DNA of 64,000 bases, taken from the NCBI GenBank assembly GCA_048938855.1, contig JBHLLT010000013.1:21150-85149 (forward strand), read 5' to 3'. Numbering within the stretch: the first letter of the stretch is position 1; every line of letters starts with the position of its first letter. A model generated the notes under the pieces. That model did no database searches. It saw only the letters and a program-made list of their open reading frames with translations, and was not told the DNA's origin. The position numbers and the translations under genes were made by a program. Origin of the DNA: Promethearchaeota archaeon. Its GTDB lineage: Archaea; Asgardarchaeota; Lokiarchaeia; Sigyniarchaeales; SOKP01. Below are positions 50,664-59,752 of the stretch, one piece after another.

Positions 50664-51833
50664 ATGAGAAATTTTAATTATTATAATCCAACTCGTATTC
50701 AATTTGGGTGTGGTCGCATAAATGAGATTGGAAAAATAGTAAAAAGAAATGGTGCAAGATGTTTATTAGTTACTGTTAAGCCAATTACTACGATGGAAAA
50801 ATTATTTGTAAATGTAAGGAAGTTATGTCAAGAAGAAGGTGTAAAAATAATTCACTATGATGGTGCTATTCCTGAACCCACAGATGAATGCGTAGATATA
50901 GGTTCAGAGATTGCAAAAGAAAATAAAGTAGAAGTAATCCTAGGAGTAGGAGGAGGTTCAAGTATTGACACAGCAAAAGCTATTGCTGTAGGCATTTCGC
51001 ATGAAGGGGGCGTTTGGAATTATAGGATAGGCCAAAAGCGCATTAATAGTACAAAAATTCTTCCAATCATTGCCGTACCAACTACAGGTGGTACAGGAGC
51101 AGAAGTAACTAATATGGCAGTAATAAAAAGTTCTAAAGACAAAACTAAATCTGCATTAGCTGATTGGAATCTTACCCCTAAAGTCGCACTTGTTGATCCC
51201 GAACTTACATTGACTGTTCCACCACAAATTACTGCTACTACTGGTTTTGATGCTTTTACTCATTCATTTGAAACTTTTATAAATAGAAATTCTTCAGATT
51301 TTATAGATCTATATGCTCTCCAAGCATTAAAAAATGTAATAAAATATTTACCTGTTGCTATTAAAGATGGTACAAATAAGGAAGCAAGGGAAGCTCTTTC
51401 ATTCTCTGCCACACTCGGTGGTCTTTGCATTTCGAATATAGGAACTACACTCCCTCACGGAATTGCAATGGCTCTAGGAGGACACGCTTCTGGAATCAGT
51501 CATGGTGAGGGACTAGCAATACTATATCCTGAAATCAATCGTTGGAGTTGGAAATATGCAATTGAGAAATATGCAGCTATTGGACGTTTATTTAATCCTA
51601 CTTTGGAAAAAAGTTCTGATGAGACAGCTGCTGAAAAATGCTGTGATGAAATTGAATCTTTCTTAAAGGAAATTGGATTATGGATTAGTTTAGAAGATAA
51701 AGGAGTATCTAAAAATGATATTGAAGCAATAGCTGCTGATACACTTAAACTTCGTAATTATTCACTTCATCCAAAAATAGCAAATTTTGAAGAAATCTCT
51801 AATTTAATTAAACAAAGTTTTAGAAGAAATTAA
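50664..51833 (+). CDS. Iron-containing alcohol dehydrogenase
   Basis: GGGSSIDTAK, PTTGGTGAE, DAFTHSFE, PHG..HG. Confidence 0.93.
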   Translation: MRNFNYYNPTRIQFGCGRINEIGKIVKRNGARCLLVTVKPITTMEKLFVNVRKLCQEEGVKIIHYDGAIPEPTDECVDIGSEIAKENKVEVILGVGGGSSIDTAKAIAVGISHEGGVWNYRIGQKRINSTKILPIIAVPTTGGTGAEVTNMAVIKSSKDKTKSALADWNLTPKVALVDPELTLTVPPQITATTGFDAFTHSFETFINRNSSDFIDLYALQALKNVIKYLPVAIKDGTNKEAREALSFSATLGGLCISNIGTTLPHGIAMALGGHASGISHGEGLAILYPEINRWSWKYAIEKYAAIGRLFNPTLEKSSDETAAEKCCDEIESFLKEIGLWISLEDKGVSKNDIEAIAADTLKLRNYSLHPKIANFEEISNLIKQSFRRN

Positions 51834-51855
51834 TAAATCCTAATTTTTTTCCGGA

Positions 51856-52521
51856 TCAATTAATAATTTTAAATTGAAGTTCTGTGCCGTTCTTATCAAA
51901 ACATTTAATATGATTTAAAGTATACGGAAATCCTACTATAAAGTGATATTTATTGCCTTTAAAAACACTATTCAAATCTTGAAGAGAAGGTATAACATAT
52001 CCAGATGGATGTGAATGAATCGTTCCTTGATAATCGCGATTTATTGGGATTCTACCTGGAAAAAATACGCTTGTAGTTCTTGAAGTAACCGCACCTGGTG
52101 GTAGTATAAATTCTGTAAATACATTTTTTTCCATTTTAAGGATTCCTACAAATTCTTTTGGATGATGCTGCCGACATAAAGCTAAAAAACCAATTAGTAA
52201 ATCCTTCTTTATTTTAACTATATTTGATTGCAGATCCTTTAAAATCGAATAAATTTCATTAATAACATCTAAAACGGACTTATGCTTATCAATTTTCCAA
52301 TTTTTTAAAGAAGTAATGTCATTATTTAAGTTTTTATATACCTTTCCAGATTGGTTAATAAGTCTAACTTTTGGTTTTTTAGGATATTTAGAATAATTAA
52401 TTTCTAAAATAATTCCCTTAATTATTTCAATTTTAATATGTGAAATTTCATTTTCAATAACTACAGTATTAGGAAAATTACTTATAATATTTTGAAATTG
52501 TTTTTCAATTTCTTTAGTCAT
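51856..52521 (-). CDS. UBC/UEV-like domain fused to a JAB/MPN+ isopeptidase domain
   Basis: N-terminal INYSKYPKKPKVRL..SLKNWK..SVLDVINEI; C-terminal HPKEFVGIL..GTIHSHPSG..PSLQDL (intact JAMM). Confidence 0.75.
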   Translation of the reverse strand: MTKEIEKQFQNIISNFPNTVVIENEISHIKIEIIKGIILEINYSKYPKKPKVRLINQSGKVYKNLNNDITSLKNWKIDKHKSVLDVINEIYSILKDLQSNIVKIKKDLLIGFLALCRQHHPKEFVGILKMEKNVFTEFILPPGAVTSRTTSVFFPGRIPINRDYQGTIHSHPSGYVIPSLQDLNSVFKGNKYHFIVGFPYTLNHIKCFDKNGTELQFKIIN

Positions 52522-52727
52522 TATGCAAATATGAATTCGATTTTAAATGAATTTTTTGTATTTAAAAATTAATTGGTGCTCTTCTTTCCTTTCTCAGGGG
52601 AAAATCAAGCTCAATTTTACAATAAAATTCTCTAATTAGTTTAAATTTTTACTTATTCTTACATTATATTTAAAACAATAATTTGCTTAATGTATTCATA
52701 AGGTTATCGTCCAAATTAATTCTAATA

Positions 52728-54683
52728 ATGTCTTTTTCAAAACAAAGTCAACTCACCCAGGCTGAAGAACTATTTGATGCGGGTAAGCCTCAAGAAGCAA
52801 GTTATTTATTAGATGAGTTGATTCAACTTGAAGAGCTTAACCTTGAACAAAAAGGATATTACCAATATCTGAAAGGTTTTATACTTAATAGTCAGGGAAA
52901 ATATAAAGAACTTTTAGAATTCGGGGAAAAAATGTTTGAAGAAAACCAATCGACTAAACAATATCTCCGAGCAGTTGACGGGTTAATATTTATGTTCTTT
53001 AGCTCAATAGAACTTGAAAGAATTGAAGAATTTGGAATGATAATAGAAAAATCTGAAGAACTTTTAAAAAGGGCTTCTAACACATCTCAAATTGAGTTAT
53101 TACATAGAAAAGCTTGGATAAATAATGTAAAAGGATTTAACTATATGAAGAAAGGTGATTCTAAGCTCGCAAGAAGTTGTTATAGTTGGGTTATAAGCTT
53201 ACATAATGAACTTGGTAATTCACATGAAGTCGCTTATGCTCATCTTCTTATAGCTGCATGTATATTTAATAGTACAGGGGAAATAGATGAATCTCTTGCA
53301 TATATAAATAAAGCAATGTCAATAGCAACGGTGATGAGATTTAATCATTTTTGGATTGCAGGTTGCCATTTAATGTATGGTGTATTATATTCACATAAGG
53401 GTGAATTTGAACTTGGTTTAGAGCATTATATGAAAGGTTTAAAAATATTTGAACAAATTAAAAATAAATGGTACTATTCTGGATTACTCAATAACATAGG
53501 ATATACTCATGCGATAATAGGAAATTATGGTCTTGCCTTGGAATATCTGGAAGAGAGTCTAAGACTATGGGAAAGGAGTCCTATACAACTAGTTAATCTA
53601 CTAAGTAATTTAACATCTATTGCTCTTATAGAAGCTGATTTTGAACGTGCTCAAAAATACTTTAAACGCTTAGAAAATCTGGTAAGTCAAAACGAGTCAA
53701 AAAGATATTTTGTTGCTATGTTTAACTACACTAAAGCGTTGATGCTGAAACGGAGTTCTCGAATACGAGATAAAGCTGAAGTTGAGGAATTATTGAAAGA
53801 AATCGTTGATAAGTCAAATCTAGGTGACGCTTTTATTTTAGATGCTTTAGTAAATCTCTGCGACGTACTACTTTCTGAATTTCGTATGACTAATAATATT
53901 GAAGTTCTTGATGAAGTAGATCAATATATCTCTCATTTATTAAAATTAGCTGAAAAATCACATTCATATCTATATTTTTGTGAAACCTTTCTATTACAAG
54001 CTAAATTATCTTTAATAAAGTTAGATATGAAGGCAGCTCGACGTTCCTTATCTCAAGCACAGAGAATAGCAGAATCACATGGTATTAAACGATTAGCAAT
54101 AAAAATTTCAGATGAACATGATGAATTACTTAAGCAATTAGATATGTGGGAGAATTTGAAAGAATCAAAAATCTCTTATGCTGAACGCATGAAATTGGCA
54201 CGATTGAATGAGCAAATGGAACATATGATAACAAAACGAGAAACAAAGATTCCACAACTTTCAGATGAGGAACCCGTTCTCCTATTAATTGTTTCAGAAG
54301 GCGGTATACCATTTTTCTCTCAATCCTTCATGGAGGATAAATCATTTGAAGACCACCTTTTTGGAGGATTTTTTACAGCTATAAATGCTTTCATACATGA
54401 AACATTTTCTGAAGGACTTGAACGTGCTTCTTTTGGTGAACATACGCTACTTATGAACTCTGTTTCACCATTTCTTATGTGCTATGTATATAAAGGTCAA
54501 TCTTATACTGCTCAAAATCGTATAAAGTCGTTTATAAATGAAATAAAAAGCAATAAAGAATTATGGAAAACTTTTGAAAAATATTATCAAATGAACAAGA
54601 AAATAGACATGAGAGATATTCCTTCTCTTGAACCATTAATAACAAAAATCTTCATAAATAAAAGTGAATCTATAAAGGTCTAG
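52728..54683 (+). CDS. TPR-repeat protein with C-terminal longin-like domain
   Basis: Paralog of 59753/61778; start moved to ATG 52728 by conserved leader spacing; EEPVLLLIVSEGG..DHLFGGFFTAIN..YKGQSY. Confidence 0.85.
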   Translation: MSFSKQSQLTQAEELFDAGKPQEASYLLDELIQLEELNLEQKGYYQYLKGFILNSQGKYKELLEFGEKMFEENQSTKQYLRAVDGLIFMFFSSIELERIEEFGMIIEKSEELLKRASNTSQIELLHRKAWINNVKGFNYMKKGDSKLARSCYSWVISLHNELGNSHEVAYAHLLIAACIFNSTGEIDESLAYINKAMSIATVMRFNHFWIAGCHLMYGVLYSHKGEFELGLEHYMKGLKIFEQIKNKWYYSGLLNNIGYTHAIIGNYGLALEYLEESLRLWERSPIQLVNLLSNLTSIALIEADFERAQKYFKRLENLVSQNESKRYFVAMFNYTKALMLKRSSRIRDKAEVEELLKEIVDKSNLGDAFILDALVNLCDVLLSEFRMTNNIEVLDEVDQYISHLLKLAEKSHSYLYFCETFLLQAKLSLIKLDMKAARRSLSQAQRIAESHGIKRLAIKISDEHDELLKQLDMWENLKESKISYAERMKLARLNEQMEHMITKRETKIPQLSDEEPVLLLIVSEGGIPFFSQSFMEDKSFEDHLFGGFFTAINAFIHETFSEGLERASFGEHTLLMNSVSPFLMCYVYKGQSYTAQNRIKSFINEIKSNKELWKTFEKYYQMNKKIDMRDIPSLEPLITKIFINKSESIKV

Positions 54684-54714
54684 ATTAGCTTTTATGTTGA
54701 TCTTTTTAATTTAT

Positions 54715-56643
54715 TTAAAGTGGATTTACTTCTAATGGTTTAATTTCTGAAAGAAAAAGATTAGCAATAGTAAGCCATTTTTGTTTTGTTTCGGGATCTT
54801 TTACATTTTTCTTAGTTAATTCTATCCCTTTCTTAAGATTATCGACAGCTAAATCAAGCTTTCCAGTTGTCTTATAACAAATACCTAATTTTATGTAAGT
54901 TTGGAAGATATACCATTCACGAGAACCTAAAACCATTGATTTGACAAACCTTTTAGCTGCTTCTTCATATTCTTCAAAATACATTAATATTTCTCCATAA
55001 GTATCATGATAAATGCCCATATCAGGCTCTTTCTTTATTAGTTGTTGCATTATTTCTAGTGCTTCTTCTTTCCTATCTAAAAATTGAAGCCAATAGGCTT
55101 TATAACTTAGAAGATCATTATCTTCAGGGTATTTTTCAATTAACGATTCAATGATTTCTAATCCAGTATGAACATTTTGCATCCGTCTAAGAATGGCAGC
55201 TTTTAAAATTTTAATATCTTTTTCACTTTCAGCAAAAATCTCTAACATTTCATCTAATAATTTTAATGCTTTCTTATACTGGTTAAAATATATTAAAGCC
55301 TTTATCTTCAAATAATATAAATCAAGATTATCAGGATTTAACTCAATTTCCTTATCAATCTCTTCAAGTTTCTCTTGAGATTGTTCTGTTAAGCTTTTAT
55401 ATATTTGTGACTGAAATATATCTGTAATGTTTTGCCAGATTAATCCTTCTAGTTTATCAAAAGTTTCTTTTAATTCTTTTTTAGTCTCAATTTTATATGC
55501 CAAATATTTAATATACTCCGGCAAAAACTGTCTGATTGATTCTTTCAAATTCTCATGAAATAAAAATTTGCAACTCTCATCGATGATGTCGTTTATAATA
55601 GATTCCATATCTAATAGGGGAACCTTTAATTTTTGGTTAGAAAATAATTTACTTAAATATGAAGCTTTAGTGATTTTATTCTCGGTAATTACTCGCAGCA
55701 TTTTTTCTAATGCCCCATCTGATGGAAAGTAATATTGTTCACCTGAAGGTTGTTTTAACTTGAAAAATCTTATTGGATATATTTTCCCCTCCGAAATTTC
55801 ATCAATATAATAATCCAGGGTAGTTTTTTTAATATTATAAATTCTGGAAAAATCCTCAGTTGTAATAAATTCTGGAAATTGATCTGGATGATTGATTGAA
55901 AGAAAAAGCAAAATTTTGTGAAAAGTAAGCTCATCTTTTAATATTGGTTTTACTTTTTCATAGTTGAGTTTTAAAATATAATTGAGAAATCTGAATTGAA
56001 TCTCTCTATCTACAATTTTAAATTTTTCAAAAAATCCAATCGTTTTATTGGTCATCTCCTCAATTCGTTTGCTTTCTTCATCTAAAATAGTCTGTCTATC
56101 TAGATCATAGTTCTCCAGCATCCTTGAATACTCTGATTTCCCCGATTGAGTGATAATATACCTTCCATCCTCTTTTACTACAAATCCTTTTTCCAATAAT
56201 AGATTTAAATTCTTTGATAAGGAAGATTGATTTATAAATAATGGGGCTTCAAGGAATTCAGACCTTTTACAGTAATTATTATTATATACCATCCATAAAA
56301 TCCAATGAGAGTAATTTCTTCCACTTTTTAAGATTACTTCAGGAGGAAAATTTAACTTACGCGCCTTTTTTTTTACGCTTGAAAGTTCATGGAACTTCTT
56401 TTTTCCTTCTGAGGTAATCTTGTAATACCCTCTGGAAAAATTTTCTACAAAATCCTTACGTTTTAATTTTTCCAAATGTCTTGATAAAGTACCAGTCGGG
56501 ATTTCTAATGGTTCTTGACGAAAATCTGACCATTTACATTCTTCATTGTTATATAACATCCAAAGAATAATATGGTCATAATTTGGTTTTTTTAACTTAG
56601 AAGGTCTGTAGATTTTTTCCGGAGGATAATTTATACTTCCCAT
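54715..56643 (-). CDS. Tandem winged-helix (MarR-like) plus TPR transcriptional regulator
   Basis: Two repeats ILWMLYNN..TLSRHLEKL..YKITSEGK and ILWMVYNN..SLSKNLNLL..YIITQSGK; C-terminal TPRs. Confidence 0.8.
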   Translation of the reverse strand: MGSINYPPEKIYRPSKLKKPNYDHIILWMLYNNEECKWSDFRQEPLEIPTGTLSRHLEKLKRKDFVENFSRGYYKITSEGKKKFHELSSVKKKARKLNFPPEVILKSGRNYSHWILWMVYNNNYCKRSEFLEAPLFINQSSLSKNLNLLLEKGFVVKEDGRYIITQSGKSEYSRMLENYDLDRQTILDEESKRIEEMTNKTIGFFEKFKIVDREIQFRFLNYILKLNYEKVKPILKDELTFHKILLFLSINHPDQFPEFITTEDFSRIYNIKKTTLDYYIDEISEGKIYPIRFFKLKQPSGEQYYFPSDGALEKMLRVITENKITKASYLSKLFSNQKLKVPLLDMESIINDIIDESCKFLFHENLKESIRQFLPEYIKYLAYKIETKKELKETFDKLEGLIWQNITDIFQSQIYKSLTEQSQEKLEEIDKEIELNPDNLDLYYLKIKALIYFNQYKKALKLLDEMLEIFAESEKDIKILKAAILRRMQNVHTGLEIIESLIEKYPEDNDLLSYKAYWLQFLDRKEEALEIMQQLIKKEPDMGIYHDTYGEILMYFEEYEEAAKRFVKSMVLGSREWYIFQTYIKLGICYKTTGKLDLAVDNLKKGIELTKKNVKDPETKQKWLTIANLFLSEIKPLEVNPL

Positions 56644-56712
56644 ATTTTATGAAGACAAAATTTTATAATCTAAAATCTAGATCGGTATTTTTTCTATTTA
56701 TATCTATTTCTT

Positions 56713-56767
56713 GGAACTTCCACAATAATCCGGAACTATTATGGAACCATCGGAACTACAATTATAA
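56713..56767 (+). promoter_or_regulatory. Operator array (four GGAAC) plus TATA box
   Basis: GGAAC at 56713, 56732, 56743, 56752 followed by TTATAAA. Confidence 0.65.
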
Positions 56768-56840
56768 AGGCAAAACTTTCTTCAATTTTTATTGGTCATC
56801 TGTAATGTGATGATAATTAAGTACAAAAAAGTGATAAAAA

Positions 56841-57362
56841 ATGGAGCAAAAAATAGAGCAAGATATTATTTCTAAATTTGATAAAGCTATTGAGAAACTT
56901 GAAGAGGAATTACCAAATGAAATGCCCAGTGGATGTGCAGAAGCAACAATGAGGCAAATTTTAAATATATTAGGAATGGAGGAAACATTGATAAATAACA
57001 TTATGATCCCCTTATCAGGGGGATTAGGGGGCTATAAATCCGAAGAGGGGTGGTTTGGACCTTGTGGAGCAGTAGTTGGAGGTTGTGGGGCCATTGGTGC
57101 AATTTTAGCGGGTAAAGAAAAGATGGATCAAAGTAAAGTGCTTCCTGCTTATTTAAAATCGGCACAATTCGCAAAAGAATTCGAGAAGGAGTTCGGTTCA
57201 GTAGTTTGCCCAAATTTATCAGGATATGATTTTAGTGATCCTAATAATATTATGAAATACTTAGAAGAAGGAGTCTGGGGGAAAAAATGCTATAAATATG
57301 TTTTATGGGCAATTGATAACGTAAGAAAACTTATGAAAAAAGAATTAAAGAAGAATTGGTAA
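56841..57362 (+). CDS. C-GCAxxG-C-C family putative redox protein
   Basis: GCAEA, GPCGAVVG, FGSVVC, KCYKYV. Confidence 0.85.
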   Translation: MEQKIEQDIISKFDKAIEKLEEELPNEMPSGCAEATMRQILNILGMEETLINNIMIPLSGGLGGYKSEEGWFGPCGAVVGGCGAIGAILAGKEKMDQSKVLPAYLKSAQFAKEFEKEFGSVVCPNLSGYDFSDPNNIMKYLEEGVWGKKCYKYVLWAIDNVRKLMKKELKKNW

Positions 57363-57428
57363 GACTATTATAGTAATTTCAAATAATTTATTTTTTTATT
57401 TTACTTTAAATTTCATTCTTAATTGGAT

Positions 57429-57461
57429 GTTCCATGGATTTATCGGAACGTCAATTATAAA
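57429..57461 (+). promoter_or_regulatory. Operator GTTCC-N11-GGAAC plus TATA box
   Basis: GTTCCATGGATTTATCGGAAC..TTATAAA. Confidence 0.7.
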
Positions 57462-57542
57462 GATAACAATAACTCAATCCTTACTTAATCATCGTAACGA
57501 TGATGGAACTAAAATTTAAGAAAAATGAGTTGATCAAAAGAA

Positions 57543-57938
57543 ATGACCGAAATTAAAAAACTTACAAAAATCACACTTTTAGTAGATACTATTATGTGGT
57601 TTCTATTTGGGATACTTCTTACATTTCTATATGATATTGCTATGAATCCTGAGGGTTGGACAAATCCGTATCTCCCTAGAATGTTTGGGGGTGTTAATTT
57701 AGTTTCTGCTATTATGGCAATTTTATCGCTTCGCAAAAAGGAATGGGAAGAAATAAAATTGACATTTGTGTATTTCATACTGTTACTTCTATCGACATTA
57801 ATCATTGAAGTTTCTGTTATATCTACATTCGGCTCCACTTTTGGAGCTACAACAGTTATGATGGGTTCATTTACTATAACTGTAGAGGCTGTACTTTTAG
57901 CTCTAGCAATTGTAACTTACATCAAACAGAGAATATAG
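57543..57938 (+). CDS. 4-TM membrane protein (paralog 1)
   Basis: MTEIKKLTKI..W.NP..PRMFG..YIKQR. Confidence 0.85.
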   Translation: MTEIKKLTKITLLVDTIMWFLFGILLTFLYDIAMNPEGWTNPYLPRMFGGVNLVSAIMAILSLRKKEWEEIKLTFVYFILLLLSTLIIEVSVISTFGSTFGATTVMMGSFTITVEAVLLALAIVTYIKQRI

Positions 57939-58090
57939 AGATAAAAACTAATATTAAATTTTTTTTTTTTTTTAAAATTAAGAAATTGAAAACTAGGCTG
58001 TAAGTATTAATTATTCTTCTCTATAAAAGGAATTATTGAAAAATCTTCATGAAAGCTTCAAATTTATAGTTATTCTATTAGAAATAGGAT

Positions 58091-58123
58091 GTTCCATAGA
58101 AACTCCGGAAGCTGAACTATTAA
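58091..58123 (+). promoter_or_regulatory. Operator GTTCC-N11-GGAAG plus TATA-like box
   Basis: GTTCCATAGAAACTCCGGAAG..CTATTAA. Confidence 0.65.
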
Positions 58124-58204
58124 TGTAACTACATCTCAACCTTTAATTAATCATCATTAGGATGATAAACAGGAAATTAAAAAAAAAAGAGTTGATCAAA
58201 TAAA

Positions 58205-58615
58205 ATGACCGAGATAAAAAAACTTACCAAAATTGCGATTTTAGCGTATGGGGCAGTTTCCTTAATTTTTGGGATCCTCCTCTTCTTTTTTACTGAAATG
58301 TTCATTGCTAGTCTAAATATGCCAACTTGGCAAAACCCTGCTCATCCAAGAATGTTTGGTGCCGCATTGTTTATCGTAGTAATTTATGCATTATTAATAC
58401 TTCTCAAAAAGGACTTAGAATGGGAGAATATCCATGTGGCATTTATTGTTATGTTCTCTTGGTTACCACTTAATATACTTGCCGAAGTTGTAACACTTAC
58501 TATATATGGGCCAACACTCTCATTTCAAGTTATTTCTCAAGGCATTCTGGACATAATTATAATGAGCGCACTTTTTGTTCTTAATCTCATCGCATATATC
58601 AAACAGAGAGCATAA
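58205..58615 (+). CDS. 4-TM membrane protein (paralog 2, tandem duplicate)
   Basis: MTEIKKLTKI..WQNPAHPRMFG..YIKQR. Confidence 0.85.
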   Translation: MTEIKKLTKIAILAYGAVSLIFGILLFFFTEMFIASLNMPTWQNPAHPRMFGAALFIVVIYALLILLKKDLEWENIHVAFIVMFSWLPLNILAEVVTLTIYGPTLSFQVISQGILDIIIMSALFVLNLIAYIKQRA

Positions 58616-58738
58616 AATCAATACATATATTAATTATTAATTAATCTTTTTTTTCTTTTTAGAAACAAAGAATCAGGGTATAGGCAGGAATCATATTATT
58701 TTTTTTCATCTATTCCATCGCTTCATTAAAAATCGAAT

Positions 58739-58771
58739 GTTCCATGGAATTATCGGAAGCTTAATTATAAA
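58739..58771 (+). promoter_or_regulatory. Operator GTTCC-N11-GGAAG plus TATA box
   Basis: GTTCCATGGAATTATCGGAAG..TTATAAA. Confidence 0.7.
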
Positions 58772-58832
58772 TGTGAAAATGCATCAAAATTTTTTAGATC
58801 ACTAGTTTGGTGATACAACCTAAAGAAAAGAG

Positions 58833-59504
58833 GTGCTCAAAATTAACCGAAAAAAATTAATAACAAGTTTAGGGACAGTTTCAACTTTCGGACTTTTACT
58901 TATTTTATTTTCAACATCAGTTTTAGCAATCTCGACAGTAAGGCCAATTTCAGATTTTACAGCTACAAACGATAATATAGCAGCCTGGGCAGACACTGAC
59001 TCTGGATTAATAATGTTTCCTCATGGATGGTTTATCTATGGGTTTCCATCGGGACCACAAAGCATTGCAGAATGCATGCCCTCTGGTTCTGTTCTGGAAC
59101 AAGAATTGAAAGACGGGCAAATGATGTATAAAGTGAATTTACATGTAGAAGGAGCATTGATGGTTATCGCTAATATTAGCAGTGGTATTGTTTTAGTGGA
59201 AGGAGTAATGAATTATTTCTTCCAGGGAAACATGCTCATATATGACGGAGAGCTTGGTGATCCAGTGCCAAATCTTCTTCAAGTCTGGTTCCCCGGGGTT
59301 TTCCTTCCTCCTGGAACTCCTCCAATAGGTGAAGGTACATTTTCACATCTTACGGGGACTGGTACTGGAATAATGCAAGTTGATGCGCTAGGGTTTAATG
59401 CTGGAGATACTGTACATGTAAAAATAAACCAAGTTGGTCTCTATAAACCAGAGGGACACCCACATTATCCTCAAATGTGGACAGAAATCCTGGTTTTTAA
59501 CTAA
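58833..59504 (+). CDS. Secreted beta-rich hypothetical protein
   Basis: Signal peptide (RKK + hydrophobic stretch + VLA); beta-strand-rich mature part. Confidence 0.75.
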   Translation: MLKINRKKLITSLGTVSTFGLLLILFSTSVLAISTVRPISDFTATNDNIAAWADTDSGLIMFPHGWFIYGFPSGPQSIAECMPSGSVLEQELKDGQMMYKVNLHVEGALMVIANISSGIVLVEGVMNYFFQGNMLIYDGELGDPVPNLLQVWFPGVFLPPGTPPIGEGTFSHLTGTGTGIMQVDALGFNAGDTVHVKINQVGLYKPEGHPHYPQMWTEILVFN

Positions 59505-59752
59505 AAGAACAAATAAGAAAAATTAATTTTAAATCTAAATATAGAAAATAGAGGAGTTGGGTCAGATAAAACACTTCCAGATGAAGCTGCTACTAAACCA
59601 ATATTCCTCCATTCTATACTTCTTTTTTTTTTCTATATAAACATTAATAATTATTCCAAAGAACTTGTCTTTTTTATGGATTTCAACACTATATTTAAAA
59701 TGATAATTAACTTACTTTTTTCATAAGGTTAGAGTCCAACTCAAGTAATTTT

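Noticed and set aside
56713-58771. Repeated GTTCC..GGAA motif considered as CRISPR repeats
   Set aside because: Copies are 650-700 nt apart, each precedes a TATA box and a gene; no spacers or cas genes.
59540-59620. Imperfect stem-loop considered as a SECIS element
   Set aside because: No convincing SECIS core and no adjacent gene with an in-frame TGA at a Cys position.
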